40,694 nucleotides of DNA. Source: Candidatus Poseidoniaceae archaeon. Its GTDB lineage: Archaea > Thermoplasmatota > Poseidoniia > Poseidoniales > Poseidoniaceae. Positions 1 through 9,751 of this stretch are shown here, in pieces. The notes under the pieces are model-generated. The model was not told the origin of the DNA. It ran no database searches and saw only the letters and a list, made by a program, of their open reading frames with translations. Numbering within the stretch: position 1 is the stretch's first letter; every line of letters begins with the position of its first letter. The DNA lies in assembly GCA_949538025.1 (NCBI GenBank), contig CATISI010000190.1, forward strand, positions 1-40,694. The letters are read 5' to 3'. Made by a program: the position numbers and the translations under genes.

Positions 1-297
1 GATGGCTGGGCCGATGGTTGGCTTTGCATCAGGATAGAGTTCCATGACAGCTTGGGCCAACAAGTGTGCAGCACTATGGCGGAGAATGTGGATACCTTCA
101 TCGCTCTCGGCAAGAATACCCTCAACATCGCAATCGTCTGTTAGCGGTGTGGAGAGGTCGCGTTCAACGTTGTTGATGCGTGCTGCAAGACATCCGTGCT
201 TCTTTCCAAGTGCGTCGGTCACGACTTCGCCAGCAGTTACGCCTGCTGCGTATTCGTTGACAGTACCATCAGGAAGGGTAACGTTGACCATCGACAT
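1..297 (-). CDS. thrS: Threonyl-tRNA synthetase, N-terminal 99 codons. The gene runs off the left edge of the window.
   Basis: My own reverse-strand translation from ATG at 297 is open to position 1 (99 codons) and is not in the ORF track because it is open-ended. It reads MSMVNVTLPDGTVNEYAAGVTAGEVV...ILRHSAAHLLAQAVMELYPDAKPTIGPAI. This shows a TGS-like start followed by the ThrRS hallmark RHSxAHxLAxAVxxLxPxxKxxIGPxI. Confidence 0.8.
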   Translation of the reverse strand, partial: MSMVNVTLPDGTVNEYAAGVTAGEVVTDALGKKHGCLAARINNVERDLSTPLTDDCDVEGILAESDEGIHILRHSAAHLLAQAVMELYPDAKPTIGPAI

Positions 298-353
298 GGG
301 GACGCCTCTTGCCTCTCCCTCGACGGTCCCATTCATCAATGCGACGCTTGAAA

Positions 354-650
354 TCACCAATCGACAATGATGTCATCATCCAAACCTTGACTCGGTTTGT
401 CAAGAATGACTTGCTTTTCGACCTCATCTTTCTGCTCTTTCTTGGGAGTTGAAACAATGAACGAATCGGGTGTTTGTGCACCACTGATTTTGAATCCAAA
501 TTGTGGCTTTGTTTGTTCAACCTTTGGGGATTCTGTCTGAGGCTTTTGGACAGCATCTTCGAGTGATGTCTCGCCCTTGCCCATTTCTTTCATGCTTTCT
601 TTCATGATGTCATCGAGTGCAATCTCGTCCGGTTTGGATTGTTTGACCAT
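354..650 (-). CDS. Hypothetical small acidic Lys/Glu/Asp-rich protein (98 aa)
   Basis: This is the only sizeable ORF between thrS and the divergent NAD-kinase-like gene. It has an ATG start and lies 57 nt upstream of thrS on the same strand. The sequence is low complexity with no recognisable motif. Confidence 0.35.
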   Translation of the reverse strand: MVKQSKPDEIALDDIMKESMKEMGKGETSLEDAVQKPQTESPKVEQTKPQFGFKISGAQTPDSFIVSTPKKEQKDEVEKQVILDKPSQGLDDDIIVDW

Positions 651-686
651 GAACCGCCATCATGCGTAGCAACATGAAAACATCGG

Positions 687-1883
687 TTGGTTGATTCCAT
701 ACGGTTGAGAGCAATGATTGAAAACGAAACGATGGAAGGTCGGTTTATGCGAATCGGCATCGTCGTCAACCCTGATGCTGGTCTGGGTGGACGATTGGGA
801 TTCAAAGGAAGCGATGGACGTGCTAAAGAAGCACGTGAAGCAGGTGCAGTTGATCGTTCAGGTCCTCGAATGCAACAATGCATATCGAAATTCCTTGATC
901 TGCAACAATCGAGCTTGAATCGAATGGGTGTTGACCCAACGTTCGTTGCTTGGACCGGCCGAATGGGTGGAGATTGGCTCGATGGCGTAAATTTCGAACG
1001 ACGCCAACCATCTCCATTTGAGTCAACGGCTGACGATACAGCCGCACTCGTTTCGGATTTGGTTTCAGCCAATGTTGATGCAATTCTCTATGCCGGAGGT
1101 GATGGGACAACCAGAGACATCGTCAATGCTCTGGACGGTCATGAAACGCCACTGATTGGCGTTCCTGCAGGTGTCAAGATGCATTCTGGTTGTTTTGCTA
1201 CAACGCCAAATGCAGCTGCTGAGGTCCTCCTCGCATTTTTGCAAGGTGATTTGATGGTTGCCATTACTGAAGTCATGGATTTGGACGAGGAAATTTACCA
1301 GCGTGGTGAGTGGAAAGTCCGCATGTATGGTGAGGCATGGACACCATCGAGTCCACGATTCATGCAGGGTGCAAAGGAACAGGTCGAGCGTGCAAGCGAA
1401 GCCGAGACCATTGAAGGACTTGCAAGCCACATCGGTAACCTCATCGAAGCAGATCCTGAACTGATGGTCATCTGGGGGAGCGGTGGAACGTTACGCAGAA
1501 TGGGAGAACATCTTGATGTGGAACTTACACTCCTTGGCATCGATATTCAACACAAAGGGATTGTTCACGCTGATTTGAACGAAAAGGCTCTGCTCGAACA
1601 CTTGAAGGATTACGAGGGACCTCGTCTTCTTCTTCTTTCACCAATGGGTGGCCAAGGCTTCCTCATTGGACGAGGCAATCTTCAACTTTCTCCAGATGTC
1701 TTGCGAGCGATAGGTTTGGATTCGATTCTTGGTGTTGCAACTCCATCGAAGTTGTTGGGTCTTTCGAACGTACGAATCGATACAGGTGATGTCACATTAG
1801 ATGAGGAATTCCAACAACGACGTTTTGTCAAATTGTTGCAAGGCTATCGTACAACTCGAGTGATACGAGTGTTGGATGCTTAA
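687..1883 (+). CDS. ATP-NAD kinase-like family protein (COG3199-type predicted kinase)
   Basis: Motifs [11 protein letters not shown] and [17 protein letters not shown]...[16 protein letters not shown] match the NAD kinase/diacylglycerol kinase fold with its GGDGT motif. The track start at 687 is TTG, so ATG at 715 (MIENE) or the MRIGIVV Met are more likely true starts. Confidence 0.65.
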   Translation: MVDSIRLRAMIENETMEGRFMRIGIVVNPDAGLGGRLGFKGSDGRAKEAREAGAVDRSGPRMQQCISKFLDLQQSSLNRMGVDPTFVAWTGRMGGDWLDGVNFERRQPSPFESTADDTAALVSDLVSANVDAILYAGGDGTTRDIVNALDGHETPLIGVPAGVKMHSGCFATTPNAAAEVLLAFLQGDLMVAITEVMDLDEEIYQRGEWKVRMYGEAWTPSSPRFMQGAKEQVERASEAETIEGLASHIGNLIEADPELMVIWGSGGTLRRMGEHLDVELTLLGIDIQHKGIVHADLNEKALLEHLKDYEGPRLLLLSPMGGQGFLIGRGNLQLSPDVLRAIGLDSILGVATPSKLLGLSNVRIDTGDVTLDEEFQQRRFVKLLQGYRTTRVIRVLDA

Positions 1884-3502
1884 TGCAGCGGCTGCCCGCT
1901 TGAAGCGAGAAGCAAACCGAGAAACGGTGGGCTTGGACGACCGGGGCGAGACTTGAACTCAGGATGATACTGGACCCCGACGTAGTACGGATGTTCATCG
2001 AGTTCGAAGATTTCACAACGCTGTCCACTCTCGTCTTTACCAACGAATTTCAACCCCGCTTCTTCTATTTGGTCAACTAGATCAGGATTGATTTCGTAAC
2101 GGTGACGATGGCGTTCATCAACCGAATCATGACCTCCATAGAGTCGCTTTATGACGCAGTCATCAACTTGGAAGATGGTCGGCCGAGAACCAAGACGCAT
2201 CGTTCCTCCGAGGTGCGTCTTCGAAATCTCAGGCATGAAAATCACTGCAGGATTGGCAGCATCGGCATCGAATTCGGTGGATGTTGCATCCTCGATTCCC
2301 AGCACGTTACGACAGAATTCGATGGTCGCAACCTGCAATCCAAGACAAATGCCAAGATAGGGGACATTGTTTTCCCGTGCGTATTGAGCAGCGAGGACCT
2401 TTCCTTCGATGCCCCGATCACCAAAGCCACCTGGGACCAAGACCCCGTTGGCGTTGCGAAGAAGTCCCCACGCCTCTGCGTTGTTTGCATCTTCTAAGTC
2501 GCTTGCTTCAATCCAATCGATGTTGAGTTTACGCTCAACGGCAAGTGCAGCATGTTGCAGTGATTTGATGACGGAAAGATAAGCATCGGAGAGGTCGGTG
2601 TACTTTCCAACCATGGCAATGGTGACTTCTTCGGAGAGTTCATCGAGGCGATGAGCCATGGATTTCCATTCAGCAAGAAGGCTCGACTTATTGCAATCGA
2701 TGTTCAGAATATCGCAGAATCCTTGATCTTCAAGCATCAACGGTACATGATAGATGTTGGGAACGTCATGTGTCGAAAAGACCGCTTCAGGACGAACATG
2801 ACAGAAGGCTGAAAGCTTCTGACGAGTTTCGTCACTCAGTGGTTTGCTTGAACGACAAACGAGGACGTCTGGGGTGATTCCAAGTCCCATGAGTTCCTTG
2901 ACCGTATGCTGAGTGGGCTTTGTTTTCTGCTCGCCAACAGGGCCCATGACTGGAACGAGAGAGACGTGAACGAAGGTGACGTTGTCCCTTCCAACTCGGA
3001 ATTGGAATTGACGGAGCGCTTCCAAGTATGGTGCGCTTTCGATGTCGCCAACGGTACCGCCAAGTTCGATGATACAGACATCCGGCGTTTCATCGCTTCC
3101 ATCAGCAGGTCGCTTGGCAACATCGATGATCCAATCTTGAACAGCGTCGGTGATGTGTGGAATGACTTGGACCGTCTTTCCAAGATAGTCGCCACGGCGT
3201 TCAGCTTCGAGGACTTTGGAATAGACCTTACCGGTCGTGAGGTTGTTGTCGCGAGCAAGGTTGAGATCGAGGAAGCGTTCGTAATTGCCGAGGTCAAGGT
3301 CGACTTCACCACCATCGTCCAGAACGAAGACTTCACCATGCTCGAACGGACTCATGGTTCCAGCATCGCTGTTCAGATAGGGGTCAATTTTAATTGAAGT
3401 GACACGCAATCCGGCACTTTTCAGAAGAACGCCGATGCTACTTGCAGTAACACCTTTGCCTAGTCCACTGAGCACGCCCCCGCTGACAATTACGTACCTC
3501 AA
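1880..3502 (-). CDS. pyrG: CTP synthase
   Basis: [23 protein letters not shown] at the N-terminus, a C-terminal glutamine amidotransferase region ([16 protein letters not shown]) and a length of about 540 aa. The start is uncertain. I chose TTG at 3502 because it gives the canonical M-R-Y-V-I-V-S-G-G, whereas the track's longest ORF starts at TTG 3544. Confidence 0.93.
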   Translation of the reverse strand: MRYVIVSGGVLSGLGKGVTASSIGVLLKSAGLRVTSIKIDPYLNSDAGTMSPFEHGEVFVLDDGGEVDLDLGNYERFLDLNLARDNNLTTGKVYSKVLEAERRGDYLGKTVQVIPHITDAVQDWIIDVAKRPADGSDETPDVCIIELGGTVGDIESAPYLEALRQFQFRVGRDNVTFVHVSLVPVMGPVGEQKTKPTQHTVKELMGLGITPDVLVCRSSKPLSDETRQKLSAFCHVRPEAVFSTHDVPNIYHVPLMLEDQGFCDILNIDCNKSSLLAEWKSMAHRLDELSEEVTIAMVGKYTDLSDAYLSVIKSLQHAALAVERKLNIDWIEASDLEDANNAEAWGLLRNANGVLVPGGFGDRGIEGKVLAAQYARENNVPYLGICLGLQVATIEFCRNVLGIEDATSTEFDADAANPAVIFMPEISKTHLGGTMRLGSRPTIFQVDDCVIKRLYGGHDSVDERHRHRYEINPDLVDQIEEAGLKFVGKDESGQRCEIFELDEHPYYVGVQYHPEFKSRPGRPSPPFLGLLLASSGQPLH

Positions 3503-3610
3503 ACCTATCAACGGGATTTCTAGCCGTCGCGCATACCATATCAATATTGGCTAAGACAATTGACTATGGTTCATCTCTACGTTCAAGTATCGTCAGATTA
3601 AGCCCAGCGT

Positions 3611-4567
3611 ATGTCGGGACCACTCGGGGACAAAATACTGGTCACTGGTGCCCTTGGTCAGATTGGAACCGAACTCGTTGAAGCGTTGCGCAAGCAACAC
3701 GGTTCTACATCTGTCATCGCTTCTGACCTTCGCCCAACCGATCAGGTTGATGTTAGTCAAGGTCCATATCAAACGCTCGATGTTCTTGATACAGAAGCGA
3801 TCATCGGTGTGTGTAAGGAACAAGGCGTTGGTACTGTCTATCACTTAGCAGCACTACTCTCTGCGACCGGTGAGATGAATCCTGAGTTGTGTCGAAAGGT
3901 CAACGTTGGAGGAACCATCTCTGTGTTCGAAGCAGCGCAAACGTGTTCGATGCGCGTTTTTACACCTTCGTCCATTGCCGTTTACGGGCCAGATGCGCCA
4001 AAACATGCTCCGCAAATCACGCCACTCAACCCGACGACAGTATATGGTAAAACCAAAGTCGAAGGCGAACAACTTGCCAAAGAGTACGATGAGAAATATG
4101 GATTGGACATACGAGGCATCCGCTATCCAGGTTTGATTTCGTACAAAGCACCAGCAGGGGGAGGCACGACAGATTATGCAGTGGAAATTTTCGATGCTGC
4201 GTTGAACGACGGACATTACGATTGTTTTGTCCGTGCAGATACACGATTGCCGATGCTCTACATGGACGATGCAATTCGAGCAACACTGATGTTGATGGAT
4301 GTGCCAAGTGAACACCTCGGTGAATCGAAAGCAGGATACAACATTGATTGTTTCTCATTCACTGCCGAAGAATTAGCGATAGCCATCGCCAATGAAGTCG
4401 ATGGATTTACGTTTGATTTCAAACCTGATGTGCGCCAGAATTATGCAGACTCATGGCCAGATTCAATCGATGGTTCGGTTGCTAAGGAAGAATGGAACTG
4501 GTTGCCACAGTATGATCTTGATGCTATGGTCAAAGCCATGTTAGATGGGCTTTCAAAGAATCAGTAA
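3611..4567 (+). CDS. tdh: NAD-dependent epimerase/dehydratase (extended SDR), probably an SDR-type L-threonine 3-dehydrogenase
   Basis: ILVTGALGQIGTELV is a Rossmann GxxGxxG motif. YGKTK, RYPGLISYKA, GGTTDYAVEIF and SWPDSIDGS closely resemble my recollection of UDP-glucose-4-epimerase-like L-ThrDH sequences such as the Thermoplasma enzyme. Confidence 0.65.
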   Translation: MSGPLGDKILVTGALGQIGTELVEALRKQHGSTSVIASDLRPTDQVDVSQGPYQTLDVLDTEAIIGVCKEQGVGTVYHLAALLSATGEMNPELCRKVNVGGTISVFEAAQTCSMRVFTPSSIAVYGPDAPKHAPQITPLNPTTVYGKTKVEGEQLAKEYDEKYGLDIRGIRYPGLISYKAPAGGGTTDYAVEIFDAALNDGHYDCFVRADTRLPMLYMDDAIRATLMLMDVPSEHLGESKAGYNIDCFSFTAEELAIAIANEVDGFTFDFKPDVRQNYADSWPDSIDGSVAKEEWNWLPQYDLDAMVKAMLDGLSKNQ

Positions 4568-4583
4568 TCTCTTCTCAGTGGAA

Positions 4584-6140
4584 TCACTGTGAAATCCATT
4601 TGTACGTACGGGCACCTTCGTTGGCACCGTCTTCACCAATTTCAACAAGAGCGAATTCACCACGAGGAGAGACAACGCTCTCTTCTTGCAATCCCTTGTG
4701 GAGATTTTCGTACGTGATTTGGTCGATAGCGACACGACCAGCAAGGCGTTCAAACAATTGCCAGCCTGCAACGACTTCACGCCATCTCGGAGCTACCTTG
4801 CCTTCGAACACCTTCGCTTTCGCACCAGAGCCGTAACCACATAGGCCAAACAATTCACCTTCAAGTTTTGAGTTGTCCTCTAAATCAGATTCGAATGTGG
4901 ACATAAGTGCCAAGAAGATGGAGCCCGTGTACTGATTCCCGATCAGACTTGAGGCACGTTGCCCCTTTTCGATGCGTTGTTTGTGGAAGTCCATGTATTC
5001 AGGGGTCTTTGAGATAGCACGACGGTATCCATCCATCTCCTTTTCCCATGCCATGATAGCTTCTGGTTCATCCGATTCGGGCTTTTCCGGTTGTTCGCCA
5101 ATCTGTTCGATGACGTTTGGCCACATCGGTGTGTTCATGCGATCATGACGGAATACGTCAGGGAACATTCGCTTGGCTTGGAATGCATAAGGAAGATGCA
5201 TGATAATACGAGACCATTGTTCTGTGAACTGGGTATCGAGTTCAGGATCCCATCGCTTTTGCTTGATGGCTCGCTGACTGAAATTGTGGAATGCTTGTCG
5301 AACAGCTTGCTGGTAACATCGATTTGAGAATTGACCGTCGAAGACCGGTTCATCTCGATGAACGCTGACAGACTCTTCACCATGTGCAAAGATTCCGAGA
5401 CGTCGTACAGTCGATTCAGGAAGGTGCTTGACCATGCGTTCAACGATTCCCTTCTTGACAGATTGGCCTGCTTCTTGGGCCAACGTCATGACGTTGGAAA
5501 TCACTGAACGGATGCTGACGTTTCGTCGTGGTTTGAAGAAATCGTGGACAGGAGTTGTTGAAACACCCCAGCAATCAGGCACTTCAAGAAGTCGAGGATT
5601 TTGACGGATCAACAACGCTCCTCCACCTGCACCTTGCGTGTATTCTCCACTGGATTCGAGATCGTATTTTGCGTTGTCCGAGAAGATGACAATACCGATG
5701 CGGTCATCTTCTTCGCTCGAACGAGCAGCCCAGTCAAGCGTGGTGTGGAGGGCGTCGACAGCGCCAATGCATGCAAAAGTCATGTCGACGACGTCACAGT
5801 TCCGAAAGCAATCCTCGCCGAATCTGTCTTGGTACCGTTGTGTGAGCATATCGAGGATATAGGTTGCAGTTGGTTTTGCACCATCAAGAGCCGACTCAGT
5901 ACCGAGATACATTCGACCAATGTCTCGTGGATCGATACCGTTTCGGTCAATCAATCGCATGACTGCCATGGCGCCCATGGTTGCCGTATCTTCGTGGACA
6001 TCGGGAATGGCCATCGCCTTCAAACCGAGTCCTTTGTTCAACTTTCCATAGTCCGCACCACGCATTTCAGCGAAGTCACGCATGTCCATGTATAAACGTG
6101 GAAAGTGAATCGCAACATCATCAATCCCAACGTTGACCAT
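4584..6140 (-). CDS. Hydroxymethylglutaryl-CoA synthase, long form (518 aa)
   Basis: MVNVGIDDVAIHFPRLYMDM, a catalytic-Cys context DMTFACIGAVDA, HLPYAFQAKRM with the catalytic His, and IGNQYTGSIFLAL, which corresponds to the GNxYTxS motif of HMGCS/MvaS enzymes. Confidence 0.8.
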   Translation of the reverse strand: MVNVGIDDVAIHFPRLYMDMRDFAEMRGADYGKLNKGLGLKAMAIPDVHEDTATMGAMAVMRLIDRNGIDPRDIGRMYLGTESALDGAKPTATYILDMLTQRYQDRFGEDCFRNCDVVDMTFACIGAVDALHTTLDWAARSSEEDDRIGIVIFSDNAKYDLESSGEYTQGAGGGALLIRQNPRLLEVPDCWGVSTTPVHDFFKPRRNVSIRSVISNVMTLAQEAGQSVKKGIVERMVKHLPESTVRRLGIFAHGEESVSVHRDEPVFDGQFSNRCYQQAVRQAFHNFSQRAIKQKRWDPELDTQFTEQWSRIIMHLPYAFQAKRMFPDVFRHDRMNTPMWPNVIEQIGEQPEKPESDEPEAIMAWEKEMDGYRRAISKTPEYMDFHKQRIEKGQRASSLIGNQYTGSIFLALMSTFESDLEDNSKLEGELFGLCGYGSGAKAKVFEGKVAPRWREVVAGWQLFERLAGRVAIDQITYENLHKGLQEESVVSPRGEFALVEIGEDGANEGARTYKWISQ

Positions 6141-6160
6141 GTCATACCGGCAATTTTTCC

Positions 6161-6170
6161 ATATTTATAT
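6161..6170 (-). promoter_or_regulatory. Putative TATA box for the HMG-CoA synthase gene
   Basis: The minus strand reads ATATAAATAT, 21-30 nt upstream of ATG at 6140. That spacing fits an archaeal leaderless or short-leader transcript. Confidence 0.3.
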
Positions 6171-6202
6171 GCTGGTTCTTTATTGACCTTGCAGAAATCA
6201 AC

Positions 6203-7813
6203 TTATCGACGGTCCGGTGCAGTACCATCAAGGCTGGCCTGAACGTCATCAGGAACGCTGATTTCTTGTTTTGCCCAAAGAACATCGTCGATGCGAAGAA
6301 CGGCAATGGTCGCTTCACTCGCACCCGAAATGGCTTGCTCGAGAACCCGAGCTGGTTCTACAATGTTCGAGGTTCTCATGTTCTCAGGTTGGCGAGTAAC
6401 GACGTTCAAACCAATGCAGTCATCGTCTTCTTTGGTCTGAATGGATACGATTTGGAGCAAGGTATCGATGGAATCCAGACCCGCATTTTCCGCAAGAACA
6501 CGAGGAATGGTTTCCAATCCATCAGCATACGCTTCGATAGCGAGTTGTTCTCGGCCAGGAACAGTTTCAGCATACCGACGTAATCGGCGAGCTAAGGCGA
6601 TGTAGGTTGCACCTCCTCCCGGAATCAATAGTGGATTTTCCTTCAATCTGCAAGCAACACCGAGTGCATCAGCAAAGCATCGTTCAACTTCTCCGACGAC
6701 GGTATCGGTGCTTCCAGTTGCAACAAAGGTTGCACCCCCCTCGTCCGTCTCAAGGACCCAATGATCGACATCGCCCCATCGTTCACATTTGCTTGAGATA
6801 AAGACGCCTACATCTTTCTCTTTGGCCTGATAAATCGAAGGCACAAGTCGGGCTCCACATCCCCGTGCAAGAAGTTCGAGGTCGCTCTTTGCAACACGTC
6901 GGAACGCTTTGATGCCTGCTTCTGCAAGGTGTGCATGCATGCTGTCATCAATCCCTTCCCGGCACGCAAGCAGCGTCACATCAAGGTCAACAAGCATCTT
7001 GACTTGATCAAGCAAGCGTTGTTGTTCCGCATCCCGAAAGGATTGCAGCATGCTTGTCGAGGTGACATTGAGTTTCACATCGGTCGAAAGTGAACGAAGT
7101 TCAAGCCCGCCATCAACCAAGAGAATGGACCCTGCTCCAAGAGAAGAAGGCATCTCAACATGTGCTCGTTTCTTTGAAAGAGCAAGACCCGTAATGAGTT
7201 TGGATTCCTCAAGCGCAGGGCCACTGCGGGTTATGACTTTGACGCGTGTTGGATCAGCAACCACATTCCCATCGGACTCCATAGCAATCGCTTCAGCGGC
7301 TTCAATAGCACAGGCAGAAACGGTCGATTGCATCTTTTGGTGGAGTTTCCCAGCCAGTGACGTCATCGTTGCAGAGAGAATATCATCACGGTTCGCCTCA
7401 AATGCAAGGGAGTCCAAATGTTCCTTGCAATATGCTTCTGCCATGCGATAGCCGCGAGCGATCGTGGCAGGATGAACACCTTGAACAACGAGATGCCATG
7501 CGTTTTGCAACCATTCAGCAGCGAGGAGAACCGTCGATGTTGTTCCATCGCGAACGGTTTGATCTTGTGCAGCACTGGCAGCGATGAGCATGTGCGCAAT
7601 CGGATGCTCAACCTTTGCTGATTCAAGTACGGTGATGCCATCGTTTGTGACCATGCTCCGTCCCTCATCATCGACGAGCAGTTTGTCAAGACCTTTTGGT
7701 CCGAGTGTTGAGCGTACGGCTCCTGCAAGGGCCATAGCAGCCTGGATGTTCTTACGAAGAGCGTCCCGTCCTGTCGTACGGTCCGTTTCCTCAAGGATCG
7801 GAACATCGCTCAT
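6203..7813 (-). CDS. ths: Thermosome subunit (group II chaperonin, Cpn60/TCP-1 family)
   Basis: VRSTLGPKGLDKLLVDDEGRSMVTNDGITVL, GGGATYIALA and VEPARVLEQAISGASEA, with a length of 536 aa. Confidence 0.95.
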   Translation of the reverse strand: MSDVPILEETDRTTGRDALRKNIQAAMALAGAVRSTLGPKGLDKLLVDDEGRSMVTNDGITVLESAKVEHPIAHMLIAASAAQDQTVRDGTTSTVLLAAEWLQNAWHLVVQGVHPATIARGYRMAEAYCKEHLDSLAFEANRDDILSATMTSLAGKLHQKMQSTVSACAIEAAEAIAMESDGNVVADPTRVKVITRSGPALEESKLITGLALSKKRAHVEMPSSLGAGSILLVDGGLELRSLSTDVKLNVTSTSMLQSFRDAEQQRLLDQVKMLVDLDVTLLACREGIDDSMHAHLAEAGIKAFRRVAKSDLELLARGCGARLVPSIYQAKEKDVGVFISSKCERWGDVDHWVLETDEGGATFVATGSTDTVVGEVERCFADALGVACRLKENPLLIPGGGATYIALARRLRRYAETVPGREQLAIEAYADGLETIPRVLAENAGLDSIDTLLQIVSIQTKEDDDCIGLNVVTRQPENMRTSNIVEPARVLEQAISGASEATIAVLRIDDVLWAKQEISVPDDVQASLDGTAPDRR

Positions 7814-7850
7814 GGTCGCACCAACGGAGACCTACACATAAGGTCGATGT

Positions 7851-9737
7851 TCAGTCTTCTTCATCAACAACTTCGAAATCAGCGTCGACGACGTCATCGC
7901 CTTCAACATTGATTGAACCATCGTCTTCGTTGTTTTCTGCTTCTGCCATCTCTGCAGCAGCAGCTTCGTACAACTTGGAGGAGATGGCATGCATCGACTC
8001 TTCAACTTCCTTGACCTTAGCTTGAATGGCAGCCTCGTCCATGGCTTCGTCATCGATTGGCTTACCATCAGCATCTTGGACGAGCGCCTCAAGTTCGGTC
8101 AACCTCTCTCGAACAGGTTCGAGATCGGACGCATCGAGCTTGTCTTCGTTCTCATCAAGCGTTCGTCGGGTTTGATAGACGATTTGGTCAGCCATATTTC
8201 GCAATTCAATCTTGGCCTTTCGTCGCTTGTCCTCTTCTGCAAAGGATTCTGCTTCAGCGATCTTTGCCTGAATTTCATCTTCAGAGAGCGAGGTTTGGGA
8301 TTCGATCTTGATGGATTGTTCCTTGCCCGTGCCCATGTCTTTAGCACTGACGTTGACGATACCGTTTGCATCGATGTCGAAGGTAACCTCGATTTGTGGA
8401 ACGCCACGTGGAGCCGGAGGGATGTCCGTCAAGTGGAATTTGCCGAGCGTCACGTTGTCCTTGGCAAACTCACGCTCACCTTGCAAGACGTGAATTTCAA
8501 CAGCAGGTTGGTTGTCGCTTGCTGTCGAGTATATCTCACTTCGTCGTGCAGGAATGGTTGTGTTTCGCTCGATCATGGTCGTGGTGACACCCCCGAGCGT
8601 TTCGATACCAAGTGTCAGTGGTGTCACGTCGAGGAGGAGGATGTCCGAAACATCGTCATCACCAGCGATGATACCCGCTTGAAGTGCAGCACCCATGGCA
8701 ACGGCTTCGTCAGGATTAATTCCTTTGTAGGGGGCCTTTCCTGTCTCCTTCTCAATGGCCGATTGGACAGCAGGAACACGTGTTGAACCACCAACGAGGA
8801 TGACTTTGTCGACGTCACCTTTCTTGACGCCAGCGTCCTTCATGGCTTGCCGTGTTGGGGCCATTGTATCCTCAATATGCTTTGCAATGAGGTCTTCGAA
8901 CCGTGCACGGGAGAGCGTGATGTCGAGGTGCTCTGGGTTTCCGTCCTTCATGGTGATGAACGGGAGATTGATTTGCGAGGATTGTGTTCCTGAGAGTTCA
9001 ATCTTCGCTTTTTCAGCAGCTTCCTTGAGTCGGCTCATCGCCTGATTGTCCTTGGACAAATCGATACCAGTTTCACGCTTGAATTCATTGACGAGCCATT
9101 CGATGATGCGTTCGTCAAAGTCGTCTCCACCGAGTTTGTTGTTTCCTGCGGTTGCCTTAACTTCAATCTGCGGTTGTCCATCAACGTCGTAAATCTCGAG
9201 GATGGAAACGTCGAAGGTTCCACCACCAAGGTCGTAGACGAGAATGGTTTGGTCATCGCCCTTGTCTGCTCCATAAGCAAGAGCAGCAGCGGTTGGCTCG
9301 TTGATGATGCGGAGAACATCCATGCCAGCAATTCGTCCAGCATCTTTGGTTGCCTTCCGTTGCGCATCTGTAAAGTAAGCAGGGCATGTAATGACAGCTT
9401 GCTTCACTTCGTGACCGAGGTAGGCTTCAGCATCCGCCTTCAATTTCTGCAGAATGAACGCAGAAATCTCTTGCGGTGTGTAACTGGTCCCATCGATATC
9501 GGTTTTCCAATCCGTTCCCATATGTCGCTTGACGGAAATCATGGTCCGTTCTGGGTTGGTAACGGCTTGTCGCTTGGCTGTGATACCAATCAAGCGTTCA
9601 CCGTCTTTGCTGAATGCAACGACGGAGGGGGTTGTTCGTGCGCCCTCTGCGTTAGCGATGACGACGGGTTCTCCGTTTTCGATGGTCGCTACACAGCTGT
9701 TGGTTGTTCCTAGGTCAATTCCGATTACTTTGCTCAT
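7851..9737 (-). CDS. dnaK: Hsp70 molecular chaperone DnaK
   Basis: [27 protein letters not shown] and [14 protein letters not shown], with an acidic tail ending [14 protein letters not shown] at 9737 is preceded by AAGGAG 9 nt upstream. The longest ORF starts at ATG 9755 (MKEMNNMSK) and overlaps the upstream stop as ATGA. Confidence 0.95.
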   Translation of the reverse strand: MSKVIGIDLGTTNSCVATIENGEPVVIANAEGARTTPSVVAFSKDGERLIGITAKRQAVTNPERTMISVKRHMGTDWKTDIDGTSYTPQEISAFILQKLKADAEAYLGHEVKQAVITCPAYFTDAQRKATKDAGRIAGMDVLRIINEPTAAALAYGADKGDDQTILVYDLGGGTFDVSILEIYDVDGQPQIEVKATAGNNKLGGDDFDERIIEWLVNEFKRETGIDLSKDNQAMSRLKEAAEKAKIELSGTQSSQINLPFITMKDGNPEHLDITLSRARFEDLIAKHIEDTMAPTRQAMKDAGVKKGDVDKVILVGGSTRVPAVQSAIEKETGKAPYKGINPDEAVAMGAALQAGIIAGDDDVSDILLLDVTPLTLGIETLGGVTTTMIERNTTIPARRSEIYSTASDNQPAVEIHVLQGEREFAKDNVTLGKFHLTDIPPAPRGVPQIEVTFDIDANGIVNVSAKDMGTGKEQSIKIESQTSLSEDEIQAKIAEAESFAEEDKRRKAKIELRNMADQIVYQTRRTLDENEDKLDASDLEPVRERLTELEALVQDADGKPIDDEAMDEAAIQAKVKEVEESMHAISSKLYEAAAAEMAEAENNEDDGSINVEGDDVVDADFEVVDEED

Positions 9738-9751
9738 ATTGTTCATCTCCT

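Noticed and set aside
44-370. 108-aa plus-strand ORF at the left edge of the window
   Set aside because: It lies antisense to a much better reading frame, the thrS N-terminus with its TGS and RHSAAHLLAQAV motifs. Its translation is Ser/Pro/Thr/Arg-rich shadow-frame material.
7814-7850. Small hairpin GACCT-ACACATA-AGGTC between dnaK and the thermosome gene, considered as a possible terminator or processing site
   Set aside because: It has only a 5-bp stem and no following T-tract. That is too weak to call.
7989-8786. 265-aa plus-strand ORF, with several 60-180-aa ORFs between 8057 and 9906
   Set aside because: All lie antisense to, or out of frame within, dnaK and the ACD-like gene. The composition is typical of shadow ORFs and no motifs are present.
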